DNA of 63,564 bases, filler included, from Octopus bimaculoides (taxonomy: Eukaryota), in the NCBI RefSeq assembly GCF_001194135.2. It is 10 parts of 10 records of this genome, joined end to end, with 100 filler letters (N's around TTAATTAATTAA, not from the genome) between each part and the next. Parts side by side here need not be neighbours in the genome. Positions count along the whole stretch, not along the records: positions 36,390 to 50,432 come from NC_068990.1; positions 50,533 to 57,849 come from NC_068981.1; 8 more parts are not named here. One strand, given 5' to 3'. Positions within the stretch are counted from its first letter, which is position 1, and the number at the start of each line of letters is the position of its first letter. The notes under the pieces were generated by a model. It was not told where the DNA came from. It worked only from the letters and a program-made list of their open reading frames with translations, and did not search any database. Made by a program: the position numbers and the translations under genes. Below, one piece after another: positions 39,866-52,267 of this stretch.

Positions 39866-41628
39866 TATTCCCCTCTCAGAGTCACATACTGCAGAGGTCC
39901 TGCAAAAGAACTCAGAAGATTGGGTCTCTAACCAGGCCTTTCTCGATATCTTTAAGGCCTGGAACTTTTCAGCACCGCATATATTCATGCTTTGAGTTAT
40001 CTTTTCTTGTTTGTATTACCAAATGTATTCGCTTGGTATAAATTTACCTGTTAGTTATAGTTCTATTCTAAAACTAAAATAATAGACAAAAATAAGAGAT
40101 ATATGAGAGATAAATATATATATTTCAGCGTTTGCATCGCATTCCATTCAATGACGTACACACGTACATATGATAAATAAAAGGCATCGCTAGTAAATGT
40201 TATCTTTAATTCGTAACATGCTTATTAATATATTAATGATACTAATGTATAAATCCTGCAAAAATTAAATTAAATATGGCGGCCATAAACACAGCATAAT
40301 GAACAATGTGATACGCGAAACGGAAATAAACTTCAATGTTACGTTATAGTATTTTCATACACCGTTGAAAGGAAGCTACTGTTTAATACAGCCATAAACA
40401 TACAGGCACACACAGACACATATGTGTTTCATCCTCTCATACATCACAGAGGAACGGTTCATTCGCACACTTAATGCACGCATGCATACGCACATGCACT
40501 CACATGAATATGCATAACCTTTTGCATAACTCGTAACGGTCTCTAGTAATTAGAGTTTACGGTGGCAAACGTAGATAGAAATCGCTTTCATTAGCAAACG
40601 GCTTCCTAATTCACTGATTGCTCTCAGCGCATACATTCCTGAAGGAGTCATTGTAATGCACATAAAGTAGATAATAAACGTTAAGTCCGGGGTATTCAGT
40701 TACTTGAAGAGCGAAAATTGGGCTTGTTAAGCTATTGTGGTTTATGATTGTAGTAAAAGAAATGATATTTCCAAATGTAAATACAGAGGAGGTGACTAGG
40801 GGGATAAAGGAAATTTCCATGGAGATACATGGAAATATCATCATAATCCTTTCAGTCATGCATCTCTCCTGTATTCTTTTTTCCTAAATTTCTGATTCTG
40901 TTCTCGTTAGTGAAAACAATTAGATATTCAAGACTTGTCCGAGCAGATCATTAAAAGAAAATGCTGATAATGTTGGAGCTACAAATGAACTTGCAGCGAA
41001 GCCAAAGCACGACATTGAAATCACTGTACATCAAGATGTTACATTACAACTGCCTGATGAAAATACAAGCGCGACGAGATACAATTATATCTTCTCATTA
41101 TGAAACCAATTTCGGACGCTATTTTCTTCAACCACAGAAGTCACATTCACATGAAAATCAGGTAAACAATTGGAGGTTTGGAGATATATGAGGCAATCTA
41201 CTGGTGTTAGTATTTGCTATTTAACTTCATACAAATTGAACAGAAATATGTCAAAATCTATTGAGCTAAATGGATTAAAATACTGTCTAATTACATACTG
41301 GATCTAAGTTGAAATGTACGAGGTGACACGATTCTTTTATGATTCAGAACATTTGTTAACAAACCAGTTACAGCCTGAAATGTTTTAAGCTAAGTTTATT
41401 TATATCTTCAGGAAATATGCTGTCAAATGCAGAGAAACATGTGTGTGTGAAGCACTATAGTATACCGTAACAGCGATACGTGGTGTAAAAATGAACATGC
41501 AGATAGATACATGCGAATAATAATATGCCTGGCTAAAATAAGTTCAATAACTAAAGATGTAACACGAACATATATGTATACATGTATACATACATACATA
41601 CACACACACACATACTTACATGCACACG

Positions 41629-41700
<72 letters not shown>

Positions 41701-41826
41701 GCGGAAGGTTAATAATCAATTATTCATTCTCTCCTGATTTTTGATTGTTTCACTAGATAATAATAGAGTCAATAATGTCTTCGCAAATATTTGCTCCTGA
41801 ATTATTTGCTCCGTATATATATATAA

Positions 41827-42017
41827 TACAGTTCTATATTTAAGAGATGAGGAATTATGTGCATTATTTACATTATTTACATTTGACGGATATTTGCCTT
41901 CATCGTGTTTATTCTTAACACAACGTTTCGGCTGATATACCCTCCAGCCTTCATCAGGTGTCTTGAAGAAATTTCAGAACCGGGTTCTCATTCCTGAGGT
42001 ATTTTCGATGTTATTAC

Positions 42018-42076
<59 letters not shown>

Positions 42077-42110
42077 GTACTATTATTATTAGTATTATTA
42101 TTATTATCAT
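41827..42110 (-). mobile_element. H1 element copy 2 ((AAT)n, hammerhead and complete 3' end; no tRNA head visible)
   Basis: Homologous to 21880-22010. The 3' end ...CCTCATCTCTTAAATATAGAACTGTA matches 22788-22834. Confidence 0.8.
41917..41962 (-). ncRNA. Minimal type I hammerhead ribozyme, H1 copy 2, intact core
   Basis: GACAC-CTGATGA-A-GGCTG(GAGGGTATAT)CAGCC-GAAACGTT-GTGTT. Confidence 0.75.
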
Positions 42111-42111
42111 T

Positions 42112-42800
42112 GCATTTGCATTGCTTCTAACGCTAGAGATGTACTACGGTGTCAGATGTTCACTACCATTGAACTAAGGTAACACCTCTTATTTTTCGAG
42201 CACCTTCCGGAGTATTCGAACGGTTCCAAGCAGAGATGTTTTTGTGCAAGTGTTCCACCCTTATTGCAGCCTCTGTTTGTTCCACGTACTTCTCGAGATT
42301 TTTGCTCACTGTACCCAGGGCTCAGACAATTATTGGTACTACTGCTACCTTTTACATCGACCACAACTGCTTAACTTCCCAAGGTAACCTGTCATATCTC
42401 TCGACTTTTCTTTCTTCCTTATCGCATACCTTGTTGTCAGCTGAGCATGCTATATCTAAGATCGACCCACCATAATTTGCTTTTTTTCTCAATTAAGACT
42501 ATGTCCGGCTTCCTATTCTCTATCTCATGGTCTCACTGAATCATAAAATCCAAATAGGATCTTTGTATATCTATTTTCGACGGTGCCTTCAGGTTTGTGG
42601 TCGTACCAATTTTTGCCCTGTCAAGTTCATACTTGTTGCAAAGTATCCAATGGACATGCCTTGCTATATTGTTGTAGCCTCTCTTATATTCCTCCATCTG
42701 TTACCTACCTGGCGAAGGTGTTGTGTATCTCTTCAATCTTTTATTTTTTGCCGGTTTCAGTGATTAGACAGCGGACATGCAAGGGTAACGCCTTCAATAA
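42112..42800 (-). mobile_element. R4/Dong-clade LINE 3' end (restriction-like endonuclease domain)
   Basis: HNNIARHVHWILCNKYELDRAKNWYDHKPEG and VAVVPIIV.ALGTVSKNLEKY are typical of the R4/Dong C-terminus. The 3' end abuts (TAA)n. Confidence 0.8.
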
Positions 42801-42859
42801 GTTTTCGTTAAATTAATAAACCCAGTTACATAATTTTTAAGCTACGTACTTATTCTATA

Positions 42860-43125
42860 AGCATTTTGCCGAACCATTAAGTTATGTGGATGTCAACACA
42901 CCAGCACCGGTTGTCAAGCGAGAATGGAGGACAAACATAAACGCGCGCGCGCGCGCACACACATACACACACACACACAGTTTTCTCTACCTAATCCACT
43001 CACAAGTCTGTGGTCGGTCCGATGCTATAAAAGACACTCGCCCAAGGTATCACATTCGATGGGAGTGAACCTAGAACCATGTGACTGGAAAGCAAGCTTC
43101 TTACCACACATCCACACATGTGCCT
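42860..43125 (-). mobile_element. SINE family A, decayed
   Basis: Head and part of the tail around (CA)n/(CG)n. Confidence 0.65.
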
Positions 43126-43204
43126 ACTGATACACTCCTGTATTTATGCACTCAGGTAACACGAACATATTTAAGTCCAAATCTGGTATATATATAATCC
43201 CTTC

Positions 43205-43410
43205 TACTAATTGCACAAGACCTGAAATTTGCGGAGAGAGAACTAGTAGATTACATCGACCCAAGTGCTTCACTGGTACTTAATTTATCGACCCCCGAAA
43301 GGAAGAAGTGCAAAGTCTCCCTTGGCAGAATATGATCTCAGAACGAGTAGACGGACGAAATTTCGCTTAGCATTTTGCCCGGCGTGCAAACGATTCTGCG
43401 AGCTCACAGC
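43205..43410 (-). mobile_element. SINE family B
   Basis: GGTACTTAATTTATCGACCCCCGAAAGG...GATTCTGC. Confidence 0.75.
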
Positions 43411-43694
43411 CTTAACTCGTTATATATAATACGATATAGTTCTATTTAAGCTATATGCCTTCAGTAAGTATGGATAATTTCATATTAATATATAGCAGTT
43501 TAAAATCCTTGCTTCTTTCCCCGCTTTGGTATCCAATTTATATAAAATTCGGTTTTAGTTCAATAGAGATATGCCTACAGTTGTTTTTGAATCACTTAGT
43601 CTACATAACTTACACAAATTTGTATTTTAAGATTCCAGCTTATTGAGATATTTGTAAGATAATTCTTAAGAATTATATTCATATTTTGTTTTTG

Positions 43695-43762
<68 letters not shown>

Positions 43763-44119
43763 GTTTGTCTATCTATGAGCTACAGCAGATATTCTGCTCA
43801 ATACAACAGATTTGTTTGTCAATAGCTTGACCATAACCAGTTGAGCATGTACTTTGATATGTGCAGCTCTAATCACGAGCAGGAGTGAGAGAGCATCATA
43901 GCCATGTGTTGAGAGGAATTCTTTGGGGTTTGAATAATTCACCACTGGAATCAGTAGTGTTCCGCTCAGCATCCTTAAACAAACCCTATTCGGGAACTTT
44001 TTAAGTGGGATTGGCTACTCGGGCTAAAGAAAATTCTACCTGGACGCCACCTGCAAGATCATGCACTGTTTATCTTGATATGAGATCACGATGTCGCGTA
44101 CATATGGTTGTGATGCATG

Positions 44120-44480
44120 TGCTTTCACGTTCCCTAGACTTGACTAGCCTGGATTTTTTCTTCTAAGGATACTTGAAAGAGAGGGTGTACGTCAACAAAC
44201 CGGAAGCACTGGTGCAGCTGAAGAAGAACATCAATAGAGAAATCAGAGAAGTGGGTTCTGAAACTCTTGAGGGTGTTATGGTGCAAGTTTTGGAAAGAGC
44301 ACGGGCGTGCGAAGCCAAAAATTGCTGCCATTTAAAAGATGTCATTTTTATATGTGATCTAGGGGTGTTGCAAATGTTGACGCATGCCTATTAATTTCCA
44401 TTATGTTCTTTATCCTGTATTGAAATTTAATGTATTTATTTGTAAAGTTAAGGAAGTTATTAAAAATTGAAACCCCTCAG
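44120..44480 (+). mobile_element. Tc3/maT/rosa-like transposase C-terminal fragment
   Basis: SLDLTSLDFFF*GYLKERVYVNKP..L..LK..I...I, the WPPRSPDL..DF.LWGYLK..VY pattern. Confidence 0.7.
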
Positions 44481-44739
44481 TGACTTTTCGGACATTGTGT
44501 ACAAAGAAACTCTCCAAGCCGAGACAATTTCGACTTCTCTTAAAGCATTTTCAAAAAATTATTCGAAGTTTAAGCGATGATTCCAAAGTATTCACCTTAT
44601 ATTGCAGAATACATAATCCCCAGATCGATATTGTTAGTGATATTAATATCATCAACGTCACATCTACACGATCAATACTGAAGTGGAAAAGTCGGTCGAT
44701 TACATTTTGTGAAGATGCGTGACGCTTCGTACTAATATT

Positions 44740-44950
44740 GGCTTCAGATATAGGCACAAAGCAAGCAACGTCGGAGCAAGGAGAAAGTCGATTACATTGA
44801 TCCCAGTGCTCAGCTGGTACCTATCTTTTGACCCTGAGAGGATAAAAGGCAAATTCCACCCCGGTGGAATTTCAATTAAGAGCGTGAAAACGAACGACAT
44901 GCCGCTGAGCATTTTGTTCGGCGTGATAACGATTCTTCGGCTAACCGCCT
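44740..44950 (-). mobile_element. SINE family B, decayed
   Basis: GTCGATTACATTGATCCCAGTG..CTGGTAC...GGATAAAAGGCAAA. Confidence 0.6.
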
Positions 44951-45616
44951 TCTCTTGTGCTAATATACGTAAACTATATAAGCCGAAATGGGACAACAAA
45001 ACATCCAGATAGACGAAACAAATAAAACAAGGACGGGTCATTCGAAGTTTTCGTTCCTCAGTCGAGTACCAGATTATCTTCGCAATTTCGGCTGATTATA
45101 CTCGAGATTGCTCTAATCTGTCCAGCTCGAAAGGAAAAACTAATCTAAGAGCATTAGATTGCTTGGAAGAAAGCAGCGAATGTATACAAAAACAAGGACG
45201 AAAAAAACGGACAATGTTACACAAATACAATAAACATGATACCAGGACATAACAACAGGTGTCTTTCGACTAAGGACGAATTAAATTAAGGTGGCGTGTT
45301 TGGAAATAAAACCTTACGGCAGGGATACAGATTTCAAAATCACTGAGAGGAATATCGATGTTGCACGGACAACGGCCAGCCAAATATATATATATAAATG
45401 TGAAACAATTAGGAAAAAAATAGTTCTCGAATACCGGCGGTAGAGTAATATGCTTTATTATTATTAAAGCTGGAAAATATCACAAAAAATATCACAAAAA
45501 TCTGCTACTCAAACTTTCACGTTCCCGTACATCGGACAGTTTAGATTAAGATTTTTGTGATATTTTAGTGATGTTTTTGCTGCTCTAATAATAATAACCC
45601 GTATACATGTGTGTGT

Positions 45617-45919
45617 GTGGCGGCACATAGTGTTTAGAGCAGCGGATACGCGGTCGAGTTATCGCGGGTTCGAATTTCAGATCGGGCGATGTATGCGTTT
45701 ATGAGCGAAACACCTAAGCTCCACGCGGTTCCGGCAGAAGGTAATGGCGAATTTCTGCTGACTCTTTCGCCACAACTTTCTCTCACTCTTTCCTCCTGAA
45801 TCTAGCATCTCAGCTGCGACGGACCGGCGTTCCGTCCAGGTGGGGAACCTATACGCCAAAGAAACGTGAAAATCGGCCCTTATGAGCCAAGCATGGCTCG
45901 AGAAAGAACAAACAACAAC
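45617..45919 (+). mobile_element. Chimeric SINE: family C head/body plus family D tail
   Basis: Body ...CCACAACTTTCTCTCACTCTTTCCTCCTG as in C, followed by GCTGCGACGGACCGGCGTTCCGTCCAG..GGGGAAC as in D, then (AAC)n. Confidence 0.75.
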
Positions 45920-45964
45920 GTGTGTGTGTGTGTGCGTGCGCGTGCACTCGTTCCATTCTTCCGG

Positions 45965-46185
45965 GCTTGGTAATGCCTGTGTTTGTTCCCCACCACTACT
46001 TGACGACCAGTGCTGTTGTGTTTACAACCGTGTGACTTAGCGGTTCAGAAAAGAGACCGATAGAATAAGTATCAAATAAAAATAGCAAAAAAGGCGGGTC
46101 GATACATTCGACTAAAATCTCTTCAAAGCGTTGTCCCAGCATGGCCGCAGACTAGTGAATGAATCACGTAAAAGATAAAAGATAA
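45965..46185 (+). mobile_element. SINE family A 3' half
   Basis: GACTTAGCGGTTCAGAAAAGAGACCGATAGAATAAGTA...CCAGCATGGCCGCAG. Confidence 0.75.
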
Positions 46186-47428
46186 CAATCGTGTTTGCTG
46201 GTTGTGATGATGTTTGTTTTCTTATTACTACATACGTGTGTGTATGTGTGTTTATAAATACGTATGTATATTATAATATATATAGAAATACACACACACA
46301 TACACGCACGCGCACAAATACTTTAATACGTATATGTAAATTGAACGATTACGACCATACACAGAAATGTACAAACCAATAATCGTGGGCTCATACCAAA
46401 ACACACACACAAACACACACACACACACGCATACATTCACGTACACACACACGCACGCATACGTGCACACGCAATCTATGCACAAATACTTCATATCTAT
46501 GTCTGTCTGTCTGTCTGTCTGTCTGTATGTATGTATGTATGCATGTATGTATGTATGTATGTATGTATGTATGCATAATGTGTGTATAATATCATCTATG
46601 TGCATATTTGCTTTCTGCATGTATTTGTCTCTGTATGAATGCGTTTATATAGTATCTATCCAGATATAGCCCCATTTGTGTTTGTATCCTTTGTTATACT
46701 TAGCCAGTGGGTATTTTGAAATACACGATCATCATACAATGAACAATAACGGACTTCCCTACATACTAAAACAGTTGTTTGTGGCTGAATTTCTATCGTT
46801 TTCGTCTTTCGATTCATAGGCAAATCAAATTATGTAGATTGTGTTTGGCATTTAGTGCTAGCTATACTATGCTTAGAAAGACAGGCAATTTAAAACATCC
46901 ATATATATAAAGAAATTAGAAAGAGAGACAGCGAGATAAAGAGGTAGAGTGAGAAAAAGCTTAATAGAGAGTGAACGAATAAGGGAGATAATAAACGAAG
47001 AAGGACGAAAATAAAAAGGCAATGATGATGGATGCTAAATATACCCAAACATCACATATGAAAACAACACAAACATGCAAAACAAAAGTCTAACAAAGCA
47101 AACTACTCACCTTTTGAGTAAATGTAATTTTCATGTTAAAATTACTGTTGTTATTTGATTATTGCAATAAATGGGAAAATTAATAGACATGAGAGATGTC
47201 CTGCCCTAAGCTGTTGATAAACAACTATTTAAGGAAAAGGTTTTTCACCCGCCGATCTGCGACACGCAACGTATACGCCTACAATATATGCATGTGTATG
47301 TTTATGTATGTATGTACGTATGTATGTATGTATGTATGTATGTATGTATGTATGTATGTATGTATGTATGTATGTGTGGGTATGACATGATATATATATA
47401 TATANNNNNNNNNNTCTATCTAACTATC

Positions 47429-47461
<33 letters not shown>

Positions 47462-47462
47462 A

Positions 47463-47521
<59 letters not shown>

Positions 47522-47598
47522 ATCTCCGTCTAGCTATCTGCAAGCATCTATATATAAGAGTCTGTGTATGTGTGTTTGTGTATGTAGTCACAATTGAA

Positions 47599-47907
47599 GT
47601 GGCACTCCGTCTTTTACGACGATGTGTGTCCCAGCTGATCCGATCAACGGAACAGTCTGTTTGTGAAGTTAACATACAAGTGGCTGAGCGCTTCACAGTC
47701 ACGTGTACCCTTAACGTAGATTCCATGAAATTACAGCGTGACGCAAAGTAGCCCTTTGAATTGCAGTTTCAACATACATTTGCCAGCTGAGTGAACGGGA
47801 CCATTAAGAACTAGAGTGCTTAATGACACAACCGGCCACCAGGAATTGAAATCAGGAGCTTACGATCGTTAGTGTAATACCCTAACCACTAAGCCACGCA
47901 CCTTCAC
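47599..47907 (-). mobile_element. Chimeric SINE: family D head/body plus family C tail
   Basis: Head GTGAAGGTGCGTGGCTTAGTGG..CGATCGTAAG as in D. Tail TTCAAAGGGC..GTTAAGGGTACACGTG..GTTGATCGGATCA..GACGGAGTGCCAC as in C. Confidence 0.7.
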
Positions 47908-48369
47908 ATATCAAATAAAAGAAGAAATATATATCTTACAAATACGGTGGATCAGTCATTCTCACTGTTCACTTGTATATGTGTGCGTGCGTGTGTGAGT
48001 GTGTGTGAGTGTGTGCATGCGTGCGTGTTCCTATTCTTATGTGTACGTGTATATATATATATGTATATATGAGTGTGTGTATACAGACAGACACACACAC
48101 ACGCACACACATATATAGATGCTTACAGATAGATATATAGACAGACAGGCAGACATACCGATAGATAGATAGCAAGCTAGCTAGATAGATGTGTGTGAGA
48201 GTGTGTGTGCGTGTGTGTGAGTGTGTGTCTGTGTGTGTGAGTGAGTGTATGTGAGTGTGTATGCACGTGTGTATGCCTATTTATATGTCTACGTGTATAT
48301 ATATGTGTGTGCCTATACAGACATACAAACACACGCACGCACTCTCACACACACACACACATGTATATA

Positions 48370-48520
48370 TAGCGATTCGGCAAAAGCGAACGATAGTATA
48401 AGTACCATTCTTAAAAGCAAGGAAGGAATACTGAGGTGGATTCATTCGACTAAAAAAAAAAGAAAGAATCAAGGTGTTGCCCCAGGATGGTCGTAATTTG
48501 GTGACTGAAACAAATAAAAG
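48370..48520 (+). mobile_element. SINE family A 3' fragment
   Basis: TAGCGATTCGGCAAAAG..GATAG..AAGTACC...GACTGAAACAAATAAAAGA. Confidence 0.6.
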
Positions 48521-48647
48521 ACCAAGAGAATATATATACACGGTATATTTCATGTTGAGAACAATTTAGGTCTTATTAGACACAAGATGTGATCTATTTC
48601 TAGCACATAGAATGTCCACGTTAGTGGTCAACGTCATATATAAAATA

Positions 48648-48727
<80 letters not shown>

Positions 48728-48857
48728 NNNNNNNNNNNNNNNNNNNNNNNNNNNNNNNNNNNNNNNNNNNNNNNNNNNNNNNNNNNNNNNNNNNNNNNNN
48801 NNNNNNNNNNNNNNNNNNNNNNNNNNNNNNNNNNNNNNNNNNNNNNNNNNNNNNNGA

Positions 48858-48893
<36 letters not shown>

Positions 48894-49775
48894 TTATATA
48901 TATATATATATGGACAGGAAAGGAAAGAGAATGAGGGTAAGGGAGAGAGAGACAGAGAAAGAGAAAGGGAGGGAGAAAGAAAGAGATGCTCAATCCACTG
49001 TCCTTCTTCCTCTCCGTTCCATTTTCTCTCCGTTTTCGTTCCTATTACCATCATCATCATCTCGGCTCATTCTAACTGCACCATCCGCAAGCGATTTGGA
49101 AAAGAAGACGATATTTGATTCATAAATGCTTTATAATAAAGTAGAGTCACGCAGTATGAGTGCACCATTGTACGAGAAACTTGCTGTATGAGCCCAGACT
49201 CGAGCGAATTTTAGTTTTGAAGTACGAGTGGAAATCCGCATCCGAGCACACAGATCGTCCCAGTTTTACTGTAATTCAGTTAATAAAACCAATTTATATA
49301 TTTCTTTTTAAATTCCCTTTTTCTGTTTTAAAAGCCATAAAAAATTATTTTTTACAGTTTTTGCAGGCTGGAACGGTTTAATTGCATTTTAGTTAATTTC
49401 AATGGGAAAAATTGATTTGTAAAACGAGTAAATCGTAATACGAGCTCGGTCATGGAACGAATTAAACTCGTACTGTGAGATATCACTCTAATATCAAAAT
49501 ATCGTAAATGTTTGTACACACGGTTCAGTGTTACCAAAATAGTTCTGTTTAGTCATTTTCTTGCATTTAAAACATTTCCAAAGCATATTAATTTATACGC
49601 TGCAAATCCAGAAGAAAAAACAAAATTATGTTTAAAATAATAACATTGATTTTTTTTTTTTTCTCACGATCCCTTTTGATCGGAGTTTTATTTTTCTCCT
49701 TTTTTTCCGAAAAGAAAAGCTCTACATTGTATTTTGTCCCCTCTCTGTTCGGCCCATTGTGGCTAATAAAGAGAC

Positions 49776-49820
<45 letters not shown>

Positions 49821-49834
49821 ACTTGCGTAGCCGC

Positions 49835-50195
49835 TGTCTTCTTTACGGTGTTGATCATGTTGAAGGCTATCCTGAATATATTAATAGCAAACCTCCCAGG
49901 TATGGTGTTTGAAGCTCATTTCTAGTTTGTACCCGAATGGGTAGACAGCTAGTTAGAGTAGAACACGAGACCACTGATTTGTTGAACATCAAATATGGTG
50001 TCCGGCAAGAGTGTAATCTTTCACCTATCTGCCTTGACCGCCACGATGAGGAGGTGGAACACTGGTCAGCAAATCAACTTCGGCTAAATAAACTTCTTAT
50101 AATAATATCATGCTGGTCACAACCTCGCAGCTTGAACTCCAGTCATGTCTCTGGGGATTTTCAACTAGACATGAACAAAAACAGTTTAAGATGAC
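49835..50195 (+). mobile_element. RTE-clade LINE RT fragment
   Basis: VRVEHETTDLLNIKYGVRQECNLSPICL is a decayed GVRQGC.LSP.LF motif. Confidence 0.7.
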
Positions 50196-50586
50196 ATTAG
50201 TCGCAAATCGTCCATACAATATTAGAGGGTCACGCTGGACAATGTTGATATATTCACATACCCGGAGCCAATCAGCATTGAAGATAGGACATTAATTTAA
50301 GAGGCAGGTAATATTCCTTCCTTCCATCCGTCCTCTTTTCCTTCTTTCCTTCCTTCCTTCCTTCCTTCCTTCCTTCATTATATACCTGATGTATGTGTAT
50401 GTGTGTATGTATGCCTGTGTATATATATATATNNNNNNNNNNNNNNNNNNNNNNNNNNNNNNNNNNNNNNNNNNNNTTAATTAATTAANNNNNNNNNNNN
50501 NNNNNNNNNNNNNNNNNNNNNNNNNNNNNNNNACACACACACACACACACACGCACGCACGCACGCACACACACACACACACACAT

Positions 50587-50629
<43 letters not shown>

Positions 50630-51221
50630 CTAGGTGTTTTATTAGCGTTGCTATAGGCGCCTATTTACGAGTATATTTTGGGATGTATGCTTGGCAGAAA
50701 TTGTATTTTGTGACAGATAAAATAATTTTTCAGACATCCAAAGGAATCATGCAAACGAAGAGGGGAAGAATGAAGAAAATAATTTTGTGAAGAAGTAAAT
50801 AGTTGAAGGAAATATTTTAAGCGTAGTTAGCGTGATTAATATGAGTAGTATGCAGCAATTTTCATAGAGCGAGTTGAAGTATACGCAGAAATGTTTATAT
50901 TGGTTATTAACTAAATTACTTGTATACAAATTATTACAAATTAAAATGATCAAATGAAAAATATGTAAACAGTTACAAATAATTATTAAATGCATGAAAA
51001 CGATGGAGAAATTTTTGGAGGTGGTGTAATAGATTTCTAAGGTCATATTTTAGAGCCGTTTTCAGTACTTGAGAAATTACGAGTACACAGAATTCAATGC
51101 TACCCAGAAAGTATTTGATAACTGAAATGAAAGAGAAACTTTCTTCATCAGAAATTTTAATAACACAAAAAAAAATTCTCCAATCGTGTGCATTTTAATT
51201 GATATTCCTTGGAAGAGTAAG

Positions 51222-51432
51222 GGGGCGAGCTGGCAGAAACCGTAGCACGCCAGAGGAAATGCTTTGTGGTACTTCGTCTGTCTTTACTTTGTCAGTCCAA
51301 ATTCCAGCGAAGTCGACTTTGTCTTTTGTCCTTTCGGGGTCGATAAATTAAGTACCAGTTGCGTACTGGGGTCGATCTAATCGACTGCCCCACCTCCCCA
51401 AAAGTTTGAGGGCTTGTGCCTAGAGTAGAAAA
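51222..51432 (+). mobile_element. SINE family B full length
   Basis: GGGGCGAGCTGGCAGAAAC...CTTTCGGGGTCGATAAATTAAGTACCAG...CTTGTGCCTAGAGTAGAAAAG. Confidence 0.85.
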
Positions 51433-52267
51433 GGATATCCCTTGGACAAACGATACATGGCTTGTAATAAGCTGCTGAACAATTCTATATTAGAATATAA
51501 AAACGTTGCAACTTTGTATGTCAAGTATATGAAAGTCATCTAACACGTATCTTGAAAACAAACAGAATAAATAAATAAATGTGTACTTGTTAGTAACTTT
51601 CACCTTAATAAATGTTGCAGTCTGATACAATACTGTGAAAATTATGAGTGAAGACTATTTTATTGGTGCTATAAAGAAACGTTATGTAGGGTAAAATCTC
51701 AAGCTACAAAAAGATATATGGCGACGCAAGACACATGACTTTGCATATGTCGAATATGGCGGGAAAACACGCTACTACAGTATTTCTCCACCCAGTAAAT
51801 AACAGATGTTAAAAAATATTTTCTCCCCTCTTACTAATGGTTTATGATCTTGAGGCAAGTCCAGCGATACTGAGGGAGGAGTTGAGTCAATTCAATCGAC
51901 CTCAGTATTTCAAGTATTCTTCAGTTCTTCTGCCCAATAGAGACAAATTGTGATGAAATTTGACATGACTGTGATTGAAACCCAGATATACTGAGTCGAA
52001 ACAAACCAATAATTTAGCGGCTCGACAAATGCCACCGATAGAATAAGTTCAAAGCTTAAAAATTAGTACTGAATTCAACTTGCTCGAGTAAAACCTTCAA
52101 GGTGGTAGCTCATCATTGTTGCTATCTAATAACGGAAACAAGTTAATGAGGAAAGATTACAAATTCGAACAACTGTAAACCAAACACCATACAAGATAAA
52201 ATCCTAATTCATTGTAACTTTCTTTTAAGCAAGGAATTGGCTTTGGTCAAATGTTTGATCAATTATA

